Shown piece after piece: positions 38,692-48,281 of a stretch of 64,000 bases of DNA (the first letter of the stretch is position 1; each line of letters opens with the position of its first letter). The position numbers and the translations under genes were made by a program. Below the pieces are notes generated by a model. That model worked only from the letters and a program-made list of their open reading frames with translations, had not been told where the DNA came from and ran no database searches. This DNA is from a candidate division FCPU426 bacterium (lineage in GTDB: Bacteria; Oederibacteriota; Muellerivitia; Muellerivitales; Muellerivitaceae): positions 128,001 through 192,000 of the forward strand of contig CAVTWJ010000022.1 of NCBI GenBank assembly GCA_963738405.1. Reading direction: 5' to 3'.

Positions 38692-38731
38692 ACTCAAAAA
38701 CCGGGGCGGACACCCGCCCCGGTTTTTGAGT
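38692..38731. terminator. Intrinsic terminator (potentially bidirectional) after the ABC ATPase gene
   Basis: Perfect 18-bp inverted repeat ACTCAAAAACCGGGGCGG-ACAC-CCGCCCCGGTTTTTGAGT. Confidence 0.88.
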
Positions 38732-38750
38732 AAGTCTTAACTCTTGTAAC

Positions 38751-39857
38751 TCAAGTAGTAAGGCACTTCTCCGTTTCCCTATCGAAGATGTGCGATTTTT
38801 GCATGTTGAAGACCAACTCAATGTCCTGATTGATCTCAATCTGGTCATGGCTTGAAACACGAGCAATAAAGGGACTTTTTCCCGTGGTCAGGTAGAGGTA
38901 AGCCTCAGCGCCGAGAGGCTCGATAATTTCAACCGTGGCGCTGATGGTATTGTCGGGAGAAGCGTTGGCGGCATCCATCTTGTCATGGATGTCCTCCGGC
39001 CTTACCCCCAAGATCACATCCCTGCCCACGTGGCCTTCCACTTGGGGTGCGAACGAGTCAGGCAGTTTGATTTCGAAGTTTTCCTCGTTGAAATAGATGC
39101 CCGTGCGTTTCTTATTAAGGGTTCCTTCCATGAAATTCATCGCGGGGGTCCCGATAAAGCCGGCCACGAACTTATTAACGGGCTTCTCGTAGAGGGTCAG
39201 GGGATCGGCGATCTGCTGGACGAAACCGTCTTTCATCACCGCAATCCGGTCGCCCATAGTCATGGCTTCCAACTGGTCGTGGGTCACGTAAATCATGGTG
39301 GCTTGAAGGCGGGTATGGAGTTTGGAAATCTCGGCTCGCATCTGAACCCGAAGCTTGGCGTCCAGATTGGACAGGGGCTCGTCGAAGAGGAACACCTTGG
39401 GTTTGCGCACGATAGCGCGGCCCACGGCCACGCGCTGGCGCTGGCCGCCGGAGAGTTCCTTAGGACGGCGGTTTAAAAGCTCCTGGATGCCAAGGATATT
39501 GGCTGCCTCGTAAACCCTTTGCTTGATTTCTTCTTTCGGATATTTCCGCAGCTTCAACCCGAAGGCCATGTTGTCAAACACGGTCATGTGGGGATAAAGG
39601 GCGTAGTTTTGGAACACCATGGCGATATCACGGTCCTTGGGGGGAACGTCGTTCACCAACACATCGTCGATGCGGATCTCGCCGCCCGAGAGTTCTTCCA
39701 ACCCGGCCACCATGCGAAGCGTGGTCGATTTGCCGCAGCCCGAAGGCCCGACCAGGATTAAAAATTCCTTGTCCGCTATTTCAATATTGACGTTATTAAC
39801 CGCCACGACATTGTTGCCGTAAACCTTGTTGACGTTTTTAAGGACGACCTTCGCCAT
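38751..39857 (-). CDS. ugpC: Carbohydrate ABC transporter ATPase (MalK/MsmX/UgpC family)
   Basis: GPSGCGKS, VFQNYALYPH, LSGGQRQR, DEPLSNLD, C-terminal TOBE-like domain; substrate unknown. Confidence 0.92.
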   Translation of the reverse strand: MAKVVLKNVNKVYGNNVVAVNNVNIEIADKEFLILVGPSGCGKSTTLRMVAGLEELSGGEIRIDDVLVNDVPPKDRDIAMVFQNYALYPHMTVFDNMAFGLKLRKYPKEEIKQRVYEAANILGIQELLNRRPKELSGGQRQRVAVGRAIVRKPKVFLFDEPLSNLDAKLRVQMRAEISKLHTRLQATMIYVTHDQLEAMTMGDRIAVMKDGFVQQIADPLTLYEKPVNKFVAGFIGTPAMNFMEGTLNKKRTGIYFNEENFEIKLPDSFAPQVEGHVGRDVILGVRPEDIHDKMDAANASPDNTISATVEIIEPLGAEAYLYLTTGKSPFIARVSSHDQIEINQDIELVFNMQKSHIFDRETEKCLTT

Positions 39858-40029
39858 GAAATCCTCCGAAGATTGGGACCGAGACGTCTCGAGTCCCCTG
39901 ACTTTCCAGGGGTCGCGCGATCCCGCCTGTTTTTAATCACAAAAAGGGGATCCGTCGAACGGGAACGTATCAGAACCAGCATGGGTTTCGGCCCTAAAGT
40001 TCCTCCGAAAACCCCGAAAAACCTGTTGT

Positions 40030-40058
40030 ATTTAAGCATTCACCCCAGGGGCTGTCAA
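40030..40058 (-). promoter_or_regulatory. Candidate promoter for the ABC ATPase
   Basis: TTGACA-17 bp-TTAAAT (imperfect -10). Confidence 0.45.
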
Positions 40059-40083
40059 CGAACAAACCAGCTAACAGGGTCCA

Positions 40084-40111
40084 TTGTCAGTCATATGAAA
40101 GGCTTTATAAT
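40084..40111 (+). promoter_or_regulatory. Sigma70-type promoter for the waaL-like gene
   Basis: TTGTCA-16 bp-TATAAT ending 8 nt before ATG 40120. Confidence 0.6.
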
Positions 40112-40119
40112 CCAACCCC

Positions 40120-41295
40120 ATGGAAATCGCGGACTCCTCTCGAAAATTCTTCTTTTTTTCTCTTCTTGTCTTCTTTGCGGTCTCCACCGCCTCCATCGCC
40201 CTTCAAAATCTCATTTGGCTTCCTGTTCTATATCTGGATTGGATCTATCTTAAAAACCATCCCAAGACTCCATGGCGTCCAGAACCCTTCGTCATTTGGA
40301 CCCTCTTGTGGGTCTTTAGTTTTTATTTGGGCACCCTTTTGGGGGTCAATCCCCTTCATAGCCTGGAAACCGTCAACCGCTACCTCACCCTCCTGCTAGC
40401 CCTTTTTGTGGGGTCCATGGGCATGGGCGTGGTCGAGATTCGCAAGCTTTTGAACGCCTTTACTTGGGGAGCAGTTTTTTGCGCCGTTTACGGCATCGGC
40501 AAGCACCTGTTTCTCCACCAGGACCGTATCGATTCTTTCTCCGGAGACAAGATGGTCTTCGGCGGCCTTTTGATGACGGCCCTCCTCATCCAAGCGGGCG
40601 CCTTGATGAAACGGCCCAAAGATTTCTTAACCTGGTTCGGGGCCAGCCTCAACGGCTGGGCGCTTCTTTTAACCGAGACCCGGGGAGCTTGGGTCGGGCT
40701 TTTAGCGGGCTTCCTCATGCTGGGGTGGCGATTCAACCGCCGGTGGCTTTTGGCGGGACTTTTCATTGGGGTGGTTGGATATTTTGTCCTACCCGCGAAA
40801 TATCAGGACAGACTGAAAAGCATCACCCAGTTGGACATCAGCTATACCGAAAACCACGAAATCGGCGACAGCAGCCAAACCCGTGTACTGATCTGGGTCA
40901 CCGGAATCCGGATCATCGAGAATTATCCCTTGGGGATAGGACAGGGAAACATCGGGGAAGTTTTTCCAAAATACAAGGTTCACGCCCTCGAGGAAGCCAC
41001 CGAGCCACACTTGCATAACAACTGCCTCCAATTGGCGGCGCAAAACGGCTGGCTGGGCCTGGCGCTGTATCTGGGATGGATTGGCTGTTATTTCTGGATG
41101 GCTTTTAAGTATCAGGGATCGAGACCCTTGGCGGAAGAGCTCAATTGGACCCTGGCCTGCTGTTTCTTGGGAGCCCTCGCTTGGGGGTTAACTGAATTCA
41201 CTTTTTCTCAGCAGTTCATGTACCTGCAATATTCCCTACTGGGATTGCATTGGGGCTTGTTGAAAAAAGAAAAGGAAACAATCCCTATAACTTGA
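40120..41295 (+). CDS. waaL: O-antigen ligase family protein
   Basis: TETRGAW, R..IW, PLGIGQGN, HLHN catalytic His motif. Confidence 0.85.
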   Translation: MEIADSSRKFFFFSLLVFFAVSTASIALQNLIWLPVLYLDWIYLKNHPKTPWRPEPFVIWTLLWVFSFYLGTLLGVNPLHSLETVNRYLTLLLALFVGSMGMGVVEIRKLLNAFTWGAVFCAVYGIGKHLFLHQDRIDSFSGDKMVFGGLLMTALLIQAGALMKRPKDFLTWFGASLNGWALLLTETRGAWVGLLAGFLMLGWRFNRRWLLAGLFIGVVGYFVLPAKYQDRLKSITQLDISYTENHEIGDSSQTRVLIWVTGIRIIENYPLGIGQGNIGEVFPKYKVHALEEATEPHLHNNCLQLAAQNGWLGLALYLGWIGCYFWMAFKYQGSRPLAEELNWTLACCFLGALAWGLTEFTFSQQFMYLQYSLLGLHWGLLKKEKETIPIT

Positions 41296-42742
41296 CCAAC
41301 ATCCATTCGTCATTCTGGAGAAATAGGTCCAAATGATGGGTTTGAACAAACCTTTCATTTTCTTTTTTTAAATCTTTTTCGAGCATCCAATAACCGTGGG
41401 TTTTCAATACTTCCTCGGGCTTTGCGCAATCCACCGGATTCAACCCGCAAACCACTTCCGCCATAAACCGATCCGCTTGGCACCAAACTTCTTTTGAAAT
41501 GACGGTATGGGGCGGAACCTTCAACTGGGCCAGTTCCCCGAGAAGTTGCTGTGAGGGTTTAGGATCCGGAAAGTTGATAGTTTTCCATATTTCCCTCTCT
41601 GACCGCGCAAGGGCCACCAACAGCAAAAATAATAAAAGCGTCTTCCCTGCCGTCCTGAAAGAAGAATCCCTGAAAACACGGAAACTGACCCATCCAATCA
41701 AAACCGCCAAAGGGGGGTAAATCGGATCCATATACCAGCCCAATTTTGTGCGGGCGATGGAAAACATCACGAAGGGCACCAGAACCGCCATGGAAGTGAG
41801 CGTCAAAACCTTGTTTTTGAAATCCGCCTTGAACCCTGCCACCGCCAAAAACAGGAAGAGCGCCAGAACGAAATACAAACTCAAAAACAGATCGTTTTGA
41901 CCAATGTAGGAAAGATAATAATCCGTCGGACCCACATGCCCCTCCACCTCCTTCGTCGTATGGGAGATCAAGTCGTAGGTGAAGCAGTCCATCAGAAATT
42001 GATGGCCACCGGGATAGGATCCGCGCCAAACCATCCATCCCCCGACGGGAACAATCGCGCAAAGGACGAAACCCAAGTAACGCCCTAAGGAAATTTTTTT
42101 ATAAAGGCCCGTGAGCCATAGGTAAATAAAGAGAATTGCCCCCATTTGAAGCGCATGGAAGCTGTAAACCAGAAATCCCAATCCCGCGCAAAGTCCCGCC
42201 AAGGGCATGGCAGCAACCCATTTCTCGGCGTTATAAAGAAATATCAGGAATAAGAAGCAAAAGAGGGTGAAAAAAGAGGAATAGTCCCCCATGCGGGCGC
42301 CATGGGTAAAGAGAAAAGGGGAAGTGAGGACGAGGGTTAACCCTGCCAGCAGGGCCGGAGCCTTGCCCAAAACCTTTGGGAGAAGCAAAAGTAAAAGGGC
42401 CACCATGGCAAGGCAGGAAAGGGCCGAATAAAACCGCATCCCCAAAACGCTGAATCCAAACAGCTTGTATCCGAGAAGGATCCCCCAAGAGCCCAAAAAG
42501 GGCTTTTTATTCCAATCGTCAATGGCATGGGCATAGGTGTTGATGCCGTAATCGTGATTTTGGGCCATCTCATAAGCGTTGGTGGCATACCGGGCCTCGT
42601 CCCAATCCCAAACCGGAAGTTCCCCCAGCTTATAGAAAAAGTTATAGGCGGCCAAAAGCAAAACAAGGCCCGCCAGAAGAGGATAAAAACGCTCCAGCGT
42701 CTCGCCAAAGGATCGGGAAAAAAATGCTTGTTTGTTGTTCAT
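41285..42742 (-). CDS. ArnT/GT83-GT39-like GT-C glycosyltransferase
   Basis: WDWDEARYA..AYEM, KPFL, EGH.GP..YY, KLGWY..PIYP. Confidence 0.82.
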   Translation of the reverse strand: MNNKQAFFSRSFGETLERFYPLLAGLVLLLAAYNFFYKLGELPVWDWDEARYATNAYEMAQNHDYGINTYAHAIDDWNKKPFLGSWGILLGYKLFGFSVLGMRFYSALSCLAMVALLLLLLPKVLGKAPALLAGLTLVLTSPFLFTHGARMGDYSSFFTLFCFLFLIFLYNAEKWVAAMPLAGLCAGLGFLVYSFHALQMGAILFIYLWLTGLYKKISLGRYLGFVLCAIVPVGGWMVWRGSYPGGHQFLMDCFTYDLISHTTKEVEGHVGPTDYYLSYIGQNDLFLSLYFVLALFLFLAVAGFKADFKNKVLTLTSMAVLVPFVMFSIARTKLGWYMDPIYPPLAVLIGWVSFRVFRDSSFRTAGKTLLLFLLLVALARSEREIWKTINFPDPKPSQQLLGELAQLKVPPHTVISKEVWCQADRFMAEVVCGLNPVDCAKPEEVLKTHGYWMLEKDLKKENERFVQTHHLDLFLQNDEWMLVKL

Positions 42743-42766
42743 GTGTCTTTTCGGGACAAAAGTTGG

Positions 42767-43468
42767 TTAATCCGAGAAGCGGTAGCGAAAAAGGCACCAA
42801 AGGGCCGTGATGCCGTCCCGCCAAGTGATTTTCTTGCCTTCAGAAAAACCCCGACCCCGGTAAGAAATGGGCATCTCGTAAATCTTGTAATTCTTTTTCA
42901 AAAGCTTGGCCGTGACTTCCGGCTCGAACTCGAAACGGTTCGATCGGAGGGTCAACCCACGCAAAATATCCCCCTTGAATACCTTGTAACAGGTTTCCAT
43001 GTCAGTCAAAACGGTGCCGTACAAAACCGTGGTCACACCGCTAAGGAAAATATTACCCAGGTAATGGGTAAACACAAAAGCCTGGTGGGTACCCATGAAC
43101 CGCGACCCGTAAACAACATCTGCGTGTCCCTCCAAAAGGGGACCCAGCAGCTTTTCGTAATCGGAAGGGTCATATTCCAGGTCAGCGTCCTGAACCACCA
43201 CATAATCGCCGGTAGTATGGGGGATGGCGGTACGGATGGCGGCGCCTTTGCCCCTGTTCTTTTCGTGATAATAAATTTCGATATTCGGTTTTTTCAGTTT
43301 TTTGAGTAATTCACGGGTTCCATCCGCAGAGCCGTCATCCACCACAATGATTTGTTTTTGAAGCCCTCTCAGCTTGACCGATTGAACCTTTGCAAGAAGC
43401 GGAAGGAGTGTTTTATTTTCATTGAATACTGGGACAATAATGGAAAGAGTGGGCTTCCGGGTCTTCAA
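42767..43468 (-). CDS. Polyprenyl-phosphate glycosyltransferase (GT2, DPM1/Ppm1-like)
   Basis: IVPVFNE, NRGKGAA, QDADLEYDP, VYGSRF, DMETCYK, FEPEVT. Confidence 0.9.
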   Translation of the reverse strand: MKTRKPTLSIIVPVFNENKTLLPLLAKVQSVKLRGLQKQIIVVDDGSADGTRELLKKLKKPNIEIYYHEKNRGKGAAIRTAIPHTTGDYVVVQDADLEYDPSDYEKLLGPLLEGHADVVYGSRFMGTHQAFVFTHYLGNIFLSGVTTVLYGTVLTDMETCYKVFKGDILRGLTLRSNRFEFEPEVTAKLLKKNYKIYEMPISYRGRGFSEGKKITWRDGITALWCLFRYRFSD

Positions 43469-43520
43469 AATCGCCTCTTAATAAATAAAAAAGTTTTCGT
43501 GTCAAAAGCTTAACAAACGA

Positions 43521-44804
43521 CTAAAGCTTGCGCAAACCCTTTAAGCCCAGCCATTCACGCCTGCATGCCCCGCCCAGGTAAAGGGAGCCCATGATCAAAA
43601 GGGGCTTTTCCCCTGATTCAGCCAGAGAGCGGGAAAGTTCCAAAGCTTGCTTCCAATCCGCCACCCATAACGCCCGCACACCCGCCCTTTCCCAAGCCTT
43701 CACTATTCTTAAACCCTTTTCCGCTCGGTCGCTCGGCACCGTGGTTACGATGGACAAGACTGTATGGGGAGCCATTATTTTCGCGCATGTTCTGTAGTCT
43801 TTATCTTTCAAAAACCCGTTCAACAAAACTACCTTTTGACCCGGGTGTTGAAGTTTCAGCGAGGCGGAAAGGGCCTTAGCGGCGTCCGGATTATGCGCCC
43901 CATCCAAAAGAACAAGGGGATCGGTTTGAAGAACCTCCAACCGACCGGGCCAGTGCATGTCGGATAAGCCTTTTTGAAATTTCTTTGAGCCCACCCCAAC
44001 ACCCTGCGCGACCAGCAATTGCATACCGGCTATCGCCAGAGAGGCATTGATGTCTTGAAAGGCGGGAAAACCCGGCATGTGGAAGGTTTTCTTGAAGCCG
44101 GGGCCTTCCCAATGAAGATGAGCGCCCGACCTGCGATATTTAAAATCCCGACCGCCCACCCAAAGACGAACACCTTTTTCCTGGGCGATTTTTTCAATCA
44201 CCTGTTCCGCTTCCCCGTCCTTTTGAATGGTGGCGGCATACCCTCCAGGTTTTAAAATTCCCGCTTTTTCCCGCGCGATCTGACCTAAGCGTTCTCCCAG
44301 AATATCCTGATGCTCTAGGCCAATCGATGTGATCAAAGCGGCTTTCGGAAGGGGGATGATATTAGTAGCGTCGAGCCTTCCACCCAGACCCACCTCCAGC
44401 ACCAGCCAATCCACTTTTTTTTCCGCGAACCAGCAAAAAGCGATGGCCGTCAGGGCCTCGAAATGGGTTGGATCATGCCCCAGTTTTCGCCGCACCCTCA
44501 CACAGGCCTCGAGAACCTTGCGGGACCATCGGTTGAAATCGGGGGTAGATATCCAGGTGCCGTTTATTCGGAACCTTTCACGGATATCGCAAAGATGGGG
44601 AGAGGTATAGAGGCCGGTCTTGAAGCCGCTTTGTTGGAGAAGGGAGGCCGTAAAAGCACAGGTGGAACCCTTGCCGTTGGTTCCCGCTACATGGACTACC
44701 GAAAGACCCAAATGGGGGTTACCCAGCTCTGCCAAAAGGGTCTGGGTCGTTTGAAGACCGAAACGCCAACCCAGACGTTCAAGGGAATCGAGGCTTTTTC
44801 GCAA
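43521..44804 (-). CDS. folC: Folylpolyglutamate synthase/dihydrofolate synthase
   Basis: HVAGTNGKGS, TSPHL, EVGLGGRLDATN, WPGRLE, DGAHN. Confidence 0.95.
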   Translation of the reverse strand: MRKSLDSLERLGWRFGLQTTQTLLAELGNPHLGLSVVHVAGTNGKGSTCAFTASLLQQSGFKTGLYTSPHLCDIRERFRINGTWISTPDFNRWSRKVLEACVRVRRKLGHDPTHFEALTAIAFCWFAEKKVDWLVLEVGLGGRLDATNIIPLPKAALITSIGLEHQDILGERLGQIAREKAGILKPGGYAATIQKDGEAEQVIEKIAQEKGVRLWVGGRDFKYRRSGAHLHWEGPGFKKTFHMPGFPAFQDINASLAIAGMQLLVAQGVGVGSKKFQKGLSDMHWPGRLEVLQTDPLVLLDGAHNPDAAKALSASLKLQHPGQKVVLLNGFLKDKDYRTCAKIMAPHTVLSIVTTVPSDRAEKGLRIVKAWERAGVRALWVADWKQALELSRSLAESGEKPLLIMGSLYLGGACRREWLGLKGLRKL

Positions 44805-44810
44805 AGATAT

Positions 44811-45656
44811 TTAGTTGCGGAAAAATTTGAGAAACTGACCCACCGAGTCCTTCAACTGGTGGCGGTGGACAATGGCATCCACAAAGCCATGCTCGACCAA
44901 AAATTCTGAACGCTGGAAACCCTTGGGCAGCTTCTGGCGGATGGTCTGCTCGATTACTCGGGGACCCGCAAAACCAATCATGGCACCGGGTTCGGCCAGA
45001 TTCACGTCTCCCAGCATGCCAAAAGATGCCGCCACACCGCCTGCCGTGGGGTCGGTCAAGATGGAGATATAGGGCAAATGCGCTTCCCCAAGCCGGCTCA
45101 AAGCCGCCGAAATCTTGGCCATTTGCATCAAAGAAAGGATACCCTCCTGCATACGCGCCCCGCCCCCAGAGGCGGAAACAATCACCATACCAACCTTCTT
45201 TTGTACGGCCCTTTCCACGGCGCGTGTTATTTTTTCCCCCACCACGCTTCCCATGCTTCCGCCCATGAATTGAAAATCGGTAATGGCCACCGAGGCATTC
45301 TGGCCATTAATTTTCCCAAGCCCCGTCACCACACCCTCAATCATATTGGTCCGGGCCTGGCCCTTCTTGAGCTTTTCATCGTACTCGGGAAAATCCAGGG
45401 GATTGAGGGAAGATAGTTTCTCGTCAAATTCAATAAAAGTTCCCGAATCCACCGTCAGGTAAAGCCTCTCAAGGGCCGAAAGCTGGTAGTGATACCCGCA
45501 CTTGGGGCAGACCTTCTGGTTCTTATCCAGGTCCTTGTTGTAAAGCATGGCCGAACAGCCTTTGCACTTAGCGTAAAGGCCCGCCGGAACCTGGACCGCC
45601 TTGTTTTCAACAGCGGATTGGGCGATTTCCTTTTTTGGGTTTTTGTACCAAACCAA
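44811..45656 (-). CDS. accD: Acetyl-CoA carboxylase carboxyltransferase beta subunit
   Basis: Zn finger CKGC/CPKC, GGSMGSVVGEK, GGARMQEG, FAGPRVIEQT. Confidence 0.96.
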   Translation of the reverse strand: MVWYKNPKKEIAQSAVENKAVQVPAGLYAKCKGCSAMLYNKDLDKNQKVCPKCGYHYQLSALERLYLTVDSGTFIEFDEKLSSLNPLDFPEYDEKLKKGQARTNMIEGVVTGLGKINGQNASVAITDFQFMGGSMGSVVGEKITRAVERAVQKKVGMVIVSASGGGARMQEGILSLMQMAKISAALSRLGEAHLPYISILTDPTAGGVAASFGMLGDVNLAEPGAMIGFAGPRVIEQTIRQKLPKGFQRSEFLVEHGFVDAIVHRHQLKDSVGQFLKFFRN

Positions 45657-45672
45657 TGGCGTCTCCTTAAAT

Positions 45673-46476
45673 TTACGCGTGTTGAAGTTTCCGAATCACC
45701 CCTCGGCAGTATTGCTCCACGGCTCCGGGGATGCGGTTCTTTGGCGTTTTCGAGATCAACTGGATTAAGGCGCTTGCGATAATCACTCCATCGGCCACCC
45801 AGCCGACTTGTGATGCCTGGGCAGGGTTGGAAATGCCAAACCCGACCACCAAGGGTGTGCGAAGGCTCTTCTTTAACTTTTGCAAATCCTTTAACAGGCC
45901 CGCTGGAAGGTTTTTCCTGGCTCCCGTTACCCCGGTCACCGACACATAATACAAAAAGGGGGCTTTCAGGGCATCGGCCTTTTTGACCCGGATGGGGCTG
46001 GAGGTAGGCGCAATAAAGGGAATGAGGGCCAAATGCTTGTTTAAAAGGGGTTTTCCGGTTTGAGAATATTTTTCCAAAGGCAGATCGGGAATAATGGCCC
46101 CGTTCCCTCCCGCTTGTTTCAACTCACGGCTAAATCTTTCCCAGCCCATGCATTCCACCAGATTGGCGTAGCTCATCACCAAGAGGGGCTGTTGAAACCC
46201 TTCTTTACGTAGAGTGCGGATGAGGCGAAAGACATCCATGGGCAGAGTGCCCTGGTTCAGCGCCCTTTGGGTGGCCATTTGAAGCGTGGGTCCATCGGCG
46301 ATGGGGTCGGAAAAGGGCAAACCCAATTCTAAACCTGCGGCACCCGCCTTTAAGGCGGCACGCGCACAAGAGAGGCTGACCGCATAGTTGGGATATCCAA
46401 GACAGATATAAGGAAAGAACAAGGCTTGATGGGCTTTCCGGGCCTCTTTGAAAACCTGGTGCAATGAATCGCTCAT
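45673..46476 (-). CDS. trpA: Tryptophan synthase alpha subunit
   Basis: [27 protein letters not shown]. Confidence 0.95.
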   Translation of the reverse strand: MSDSLHQVFKEARKAHQALFFPYICLGYPNYAVSLSCARAALKAGAAGLELGLPFSDPIADGPTLQMATQRALNQGTLPMDVFRLIRTLRKEGFQQPLLVMSYANLVECMGWERFSRELKQAGGNGAIIPDLPLEKYSQTGKPLLNKHLALIPFIAPTSSPIRVKKADALKAPFLYYVSVTGVTGARKNLPAGLLKDLQKLKKSLRTPLVVGFGISNPAQASQVGWVADGVIIASALIQLISKTPKNRIPGAVEQYCRGVIRKLQHA

Positions 46477-47681
46477 TTTTGGGCGCCTTTTAAATCCATC
46501 CCCAATTTCGTCAAAACGGTATTTACATCCTTATCACCCCGGCCCGAAAGGTTCACCACGATCAAGGATTTTTTATTCATCTTGGGGGCCATCCGCATGG
46601 CGTAATAAACGGCGTGAGCGCTTTCCAAGGCCGGGAGAATACCCTCGGTTTTCGCCAGCATTTGAAAGGCTTCCAGCGCTTCTTTGTCCGTTGCGGAAAC
46701 ATATTGAGCCCGGCCGGTGTCTTTCAACCAAGCGTGTTCCGGTCCTACTCCGGGATAATCGAGCCCAGCGGAAATGGAATGGGTTTCGGCGATTTGTCCT
46801 TCCCGGCTTTGCAAAACATAGCTGTAGCTTCCGTGAAGGATTCCGGGTTTTCCCTTGGCCATGGTGGCGGCCGTTCGGCGGGTTTTGACTCCATCGCCCG
46901 CCGCTTCCACCCCCACCATCTTTACCTTGCGGTCATTGATGAATGGATAAAAAAGGCCGATAGCGTTGGACCCTCCATTCACGCAGGCCACCAAGGCATC
47001 CGGAAGCCTTCCCTCCACTTCCCTGATTTGCCGTTTGGCCTCATCCCCCACGACCCTTTGAAAATCACGCACCAGCATGGGGTAAGGATGGGGCCCGGCG
47101 GTGGAGCCGATCAGATAATAAGTAGTGCGCACGTTGGTTACCCAGTCGCGGATCGCCTCGCTCATAGCGTCTTTGAGGGTTTTGGTTCCCGAAGTCACGG
47201 GATGCACTTGGGCGCCCAAGAGCCTCATGCGAAAGACGTTCAAGGCCTGGCGGCGGACATCTTCTTCTCCCATGTAAATTTCACAGGGGAGCCCGAAGAG
47301 GGCGCAAACGGTGGCCGTGGCTACGCCGTGCTGTCCCGCGCCCGTTTCGGCGATGATGCGTTTTTTGCCCATCTTCTTGGCCAGAAGGATCTGACCAAGA
47401 CAATTATTGATCTTATGGGCCCCCGTGTGGTTCAGGTCTTCCCTTTTTAGATAAATCCTGGCGCCCTTGAGTTTTTCGGTCAAATTTTGTGCGAAAGTTA
47501 AGGGTGTGGGCCGGCCGTCATACTCCTTTAATAACTTTCGGTATTGGTCTTTAAAGCCCCTGTCTTTTTTCGCCTTTTGGTAGGCCCTGGTCAATTCATC
47601 TAAAGCCACCATCAAAGTTTCGGGAACGTACTGGCCGCCATAGGGGCCAAAATAGCCTGAAGAGTCGGGATAGGTTGGCAT
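46473..47681 (-). CDS. trpB: Tryptophan synthase beta subunit
   Basis: [45 protein letters not shown]. Confidence 0.98.
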   Translation of the reverse strand: MPTYPDSSGYFGPYGGQYVPETLMVALDELTRAYQKAKKDRGFKDQYRKLLKEYDGRPTPLTFAQNLTEKLKGARIYLKREDLNHTGAHKINNCLGQILLAKKMGKKRIIAETGAGQHGVATATVCALFGLPCEIYMGEEDVRRQALNVFRMRLLGAQVHPVTSGTKTLKDAMSEAIRDWVTNVRTTYYLIGSTAGPHPYPMLVRDFQRVVGDEAKRQIREVEGRLPDALVACVNGGSNAIGLFYPFINDRKVKMVGVEAAGDGVKTRRTAATMAKGKPGILHGSYSYVLQSREGQIAETHSISAGLDYPGVGPEHAWLKDTGRAQYVSATDKEALEAFQMLAKTEGILPALESAHAVYYAMRMAPKMNKKSLIVVNLSGRGDKDVNTVLTKLGMDLKGAQK

Positions 47682-48263
47682 CTAAGGTCTCATTTCCGGA
47701 GGGGGTTGGTTTGCAACGTCATTCTTTATTTTTTCCAGCCGTTCTTTCGCACCGGCGTGGCCGGGATCGATAGCGCAAGCCTTGATATATTCATTTTCGG
47801 CCTTATCCACGTAGTCCAAGCGGTTATACAGATCCCCCAATTCCAGGGTCCGTTTCAAGGCGTCCTCCATTTGGTTATGGCGCAGGTAAAGGTCCCGCAA
47901 GTTGGTCAGGGCTTCCTGTGATTCGGGCAGTTGGGCCAGCATGGCATTGTAAATCTCAATCGCACGGTCAATATTTTGGGGCTCGACCATTTTTTGCACC
48001 AACCCGGCCAATTCCCGAAAGGCACCTGAGGCCTTTTTCAGATTTTTTTCCCGGATAAAGCCATTGGCGGAGAGTTCAAATTCTTTATAAGCCCTCTCCA
48101 AATCGCCTTTTTTCAGGTAAAGCTCCCCCAGGGTCAAATGGACATTATGGTCGTTGGGGTCAAAGGTGATAATTTTTTCGTATTCGAGAATAGCCTTATC
48201 CCAGCTGCCGGTGTGGTAGTAGATATGGGCCAGCTTGATAATGAGGGACTTCTGATCTGCCAT
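47682..48263 (-). CDS. Tetratricopeptide-repeat protein
   Basis: WDKAILEYEKIITFDPNDHNVHLTLGELY and similar repeats; no signal peptide. Confidence 0.85.
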   Translation of the reverse strand: MADQKSLIIKLAHIYYHTGSWDKAILEYEKIITFDPNDHNVHLTLGELYLKKGDLERAYKEFELSANGFIREKNLKKASGAFRELAGLVQKMVEPQNIDRAIEIYNAMLAQLPESQEALTNLRDLYLRHNQMEDALKRTLELGDLYNRLDYVDKAENEYIKACAIDPGHAGAKERLEKIKNDVANQPPPEMRP

Positions 48264-48281
48264 AGGTGTCTTGAAGTCCTT

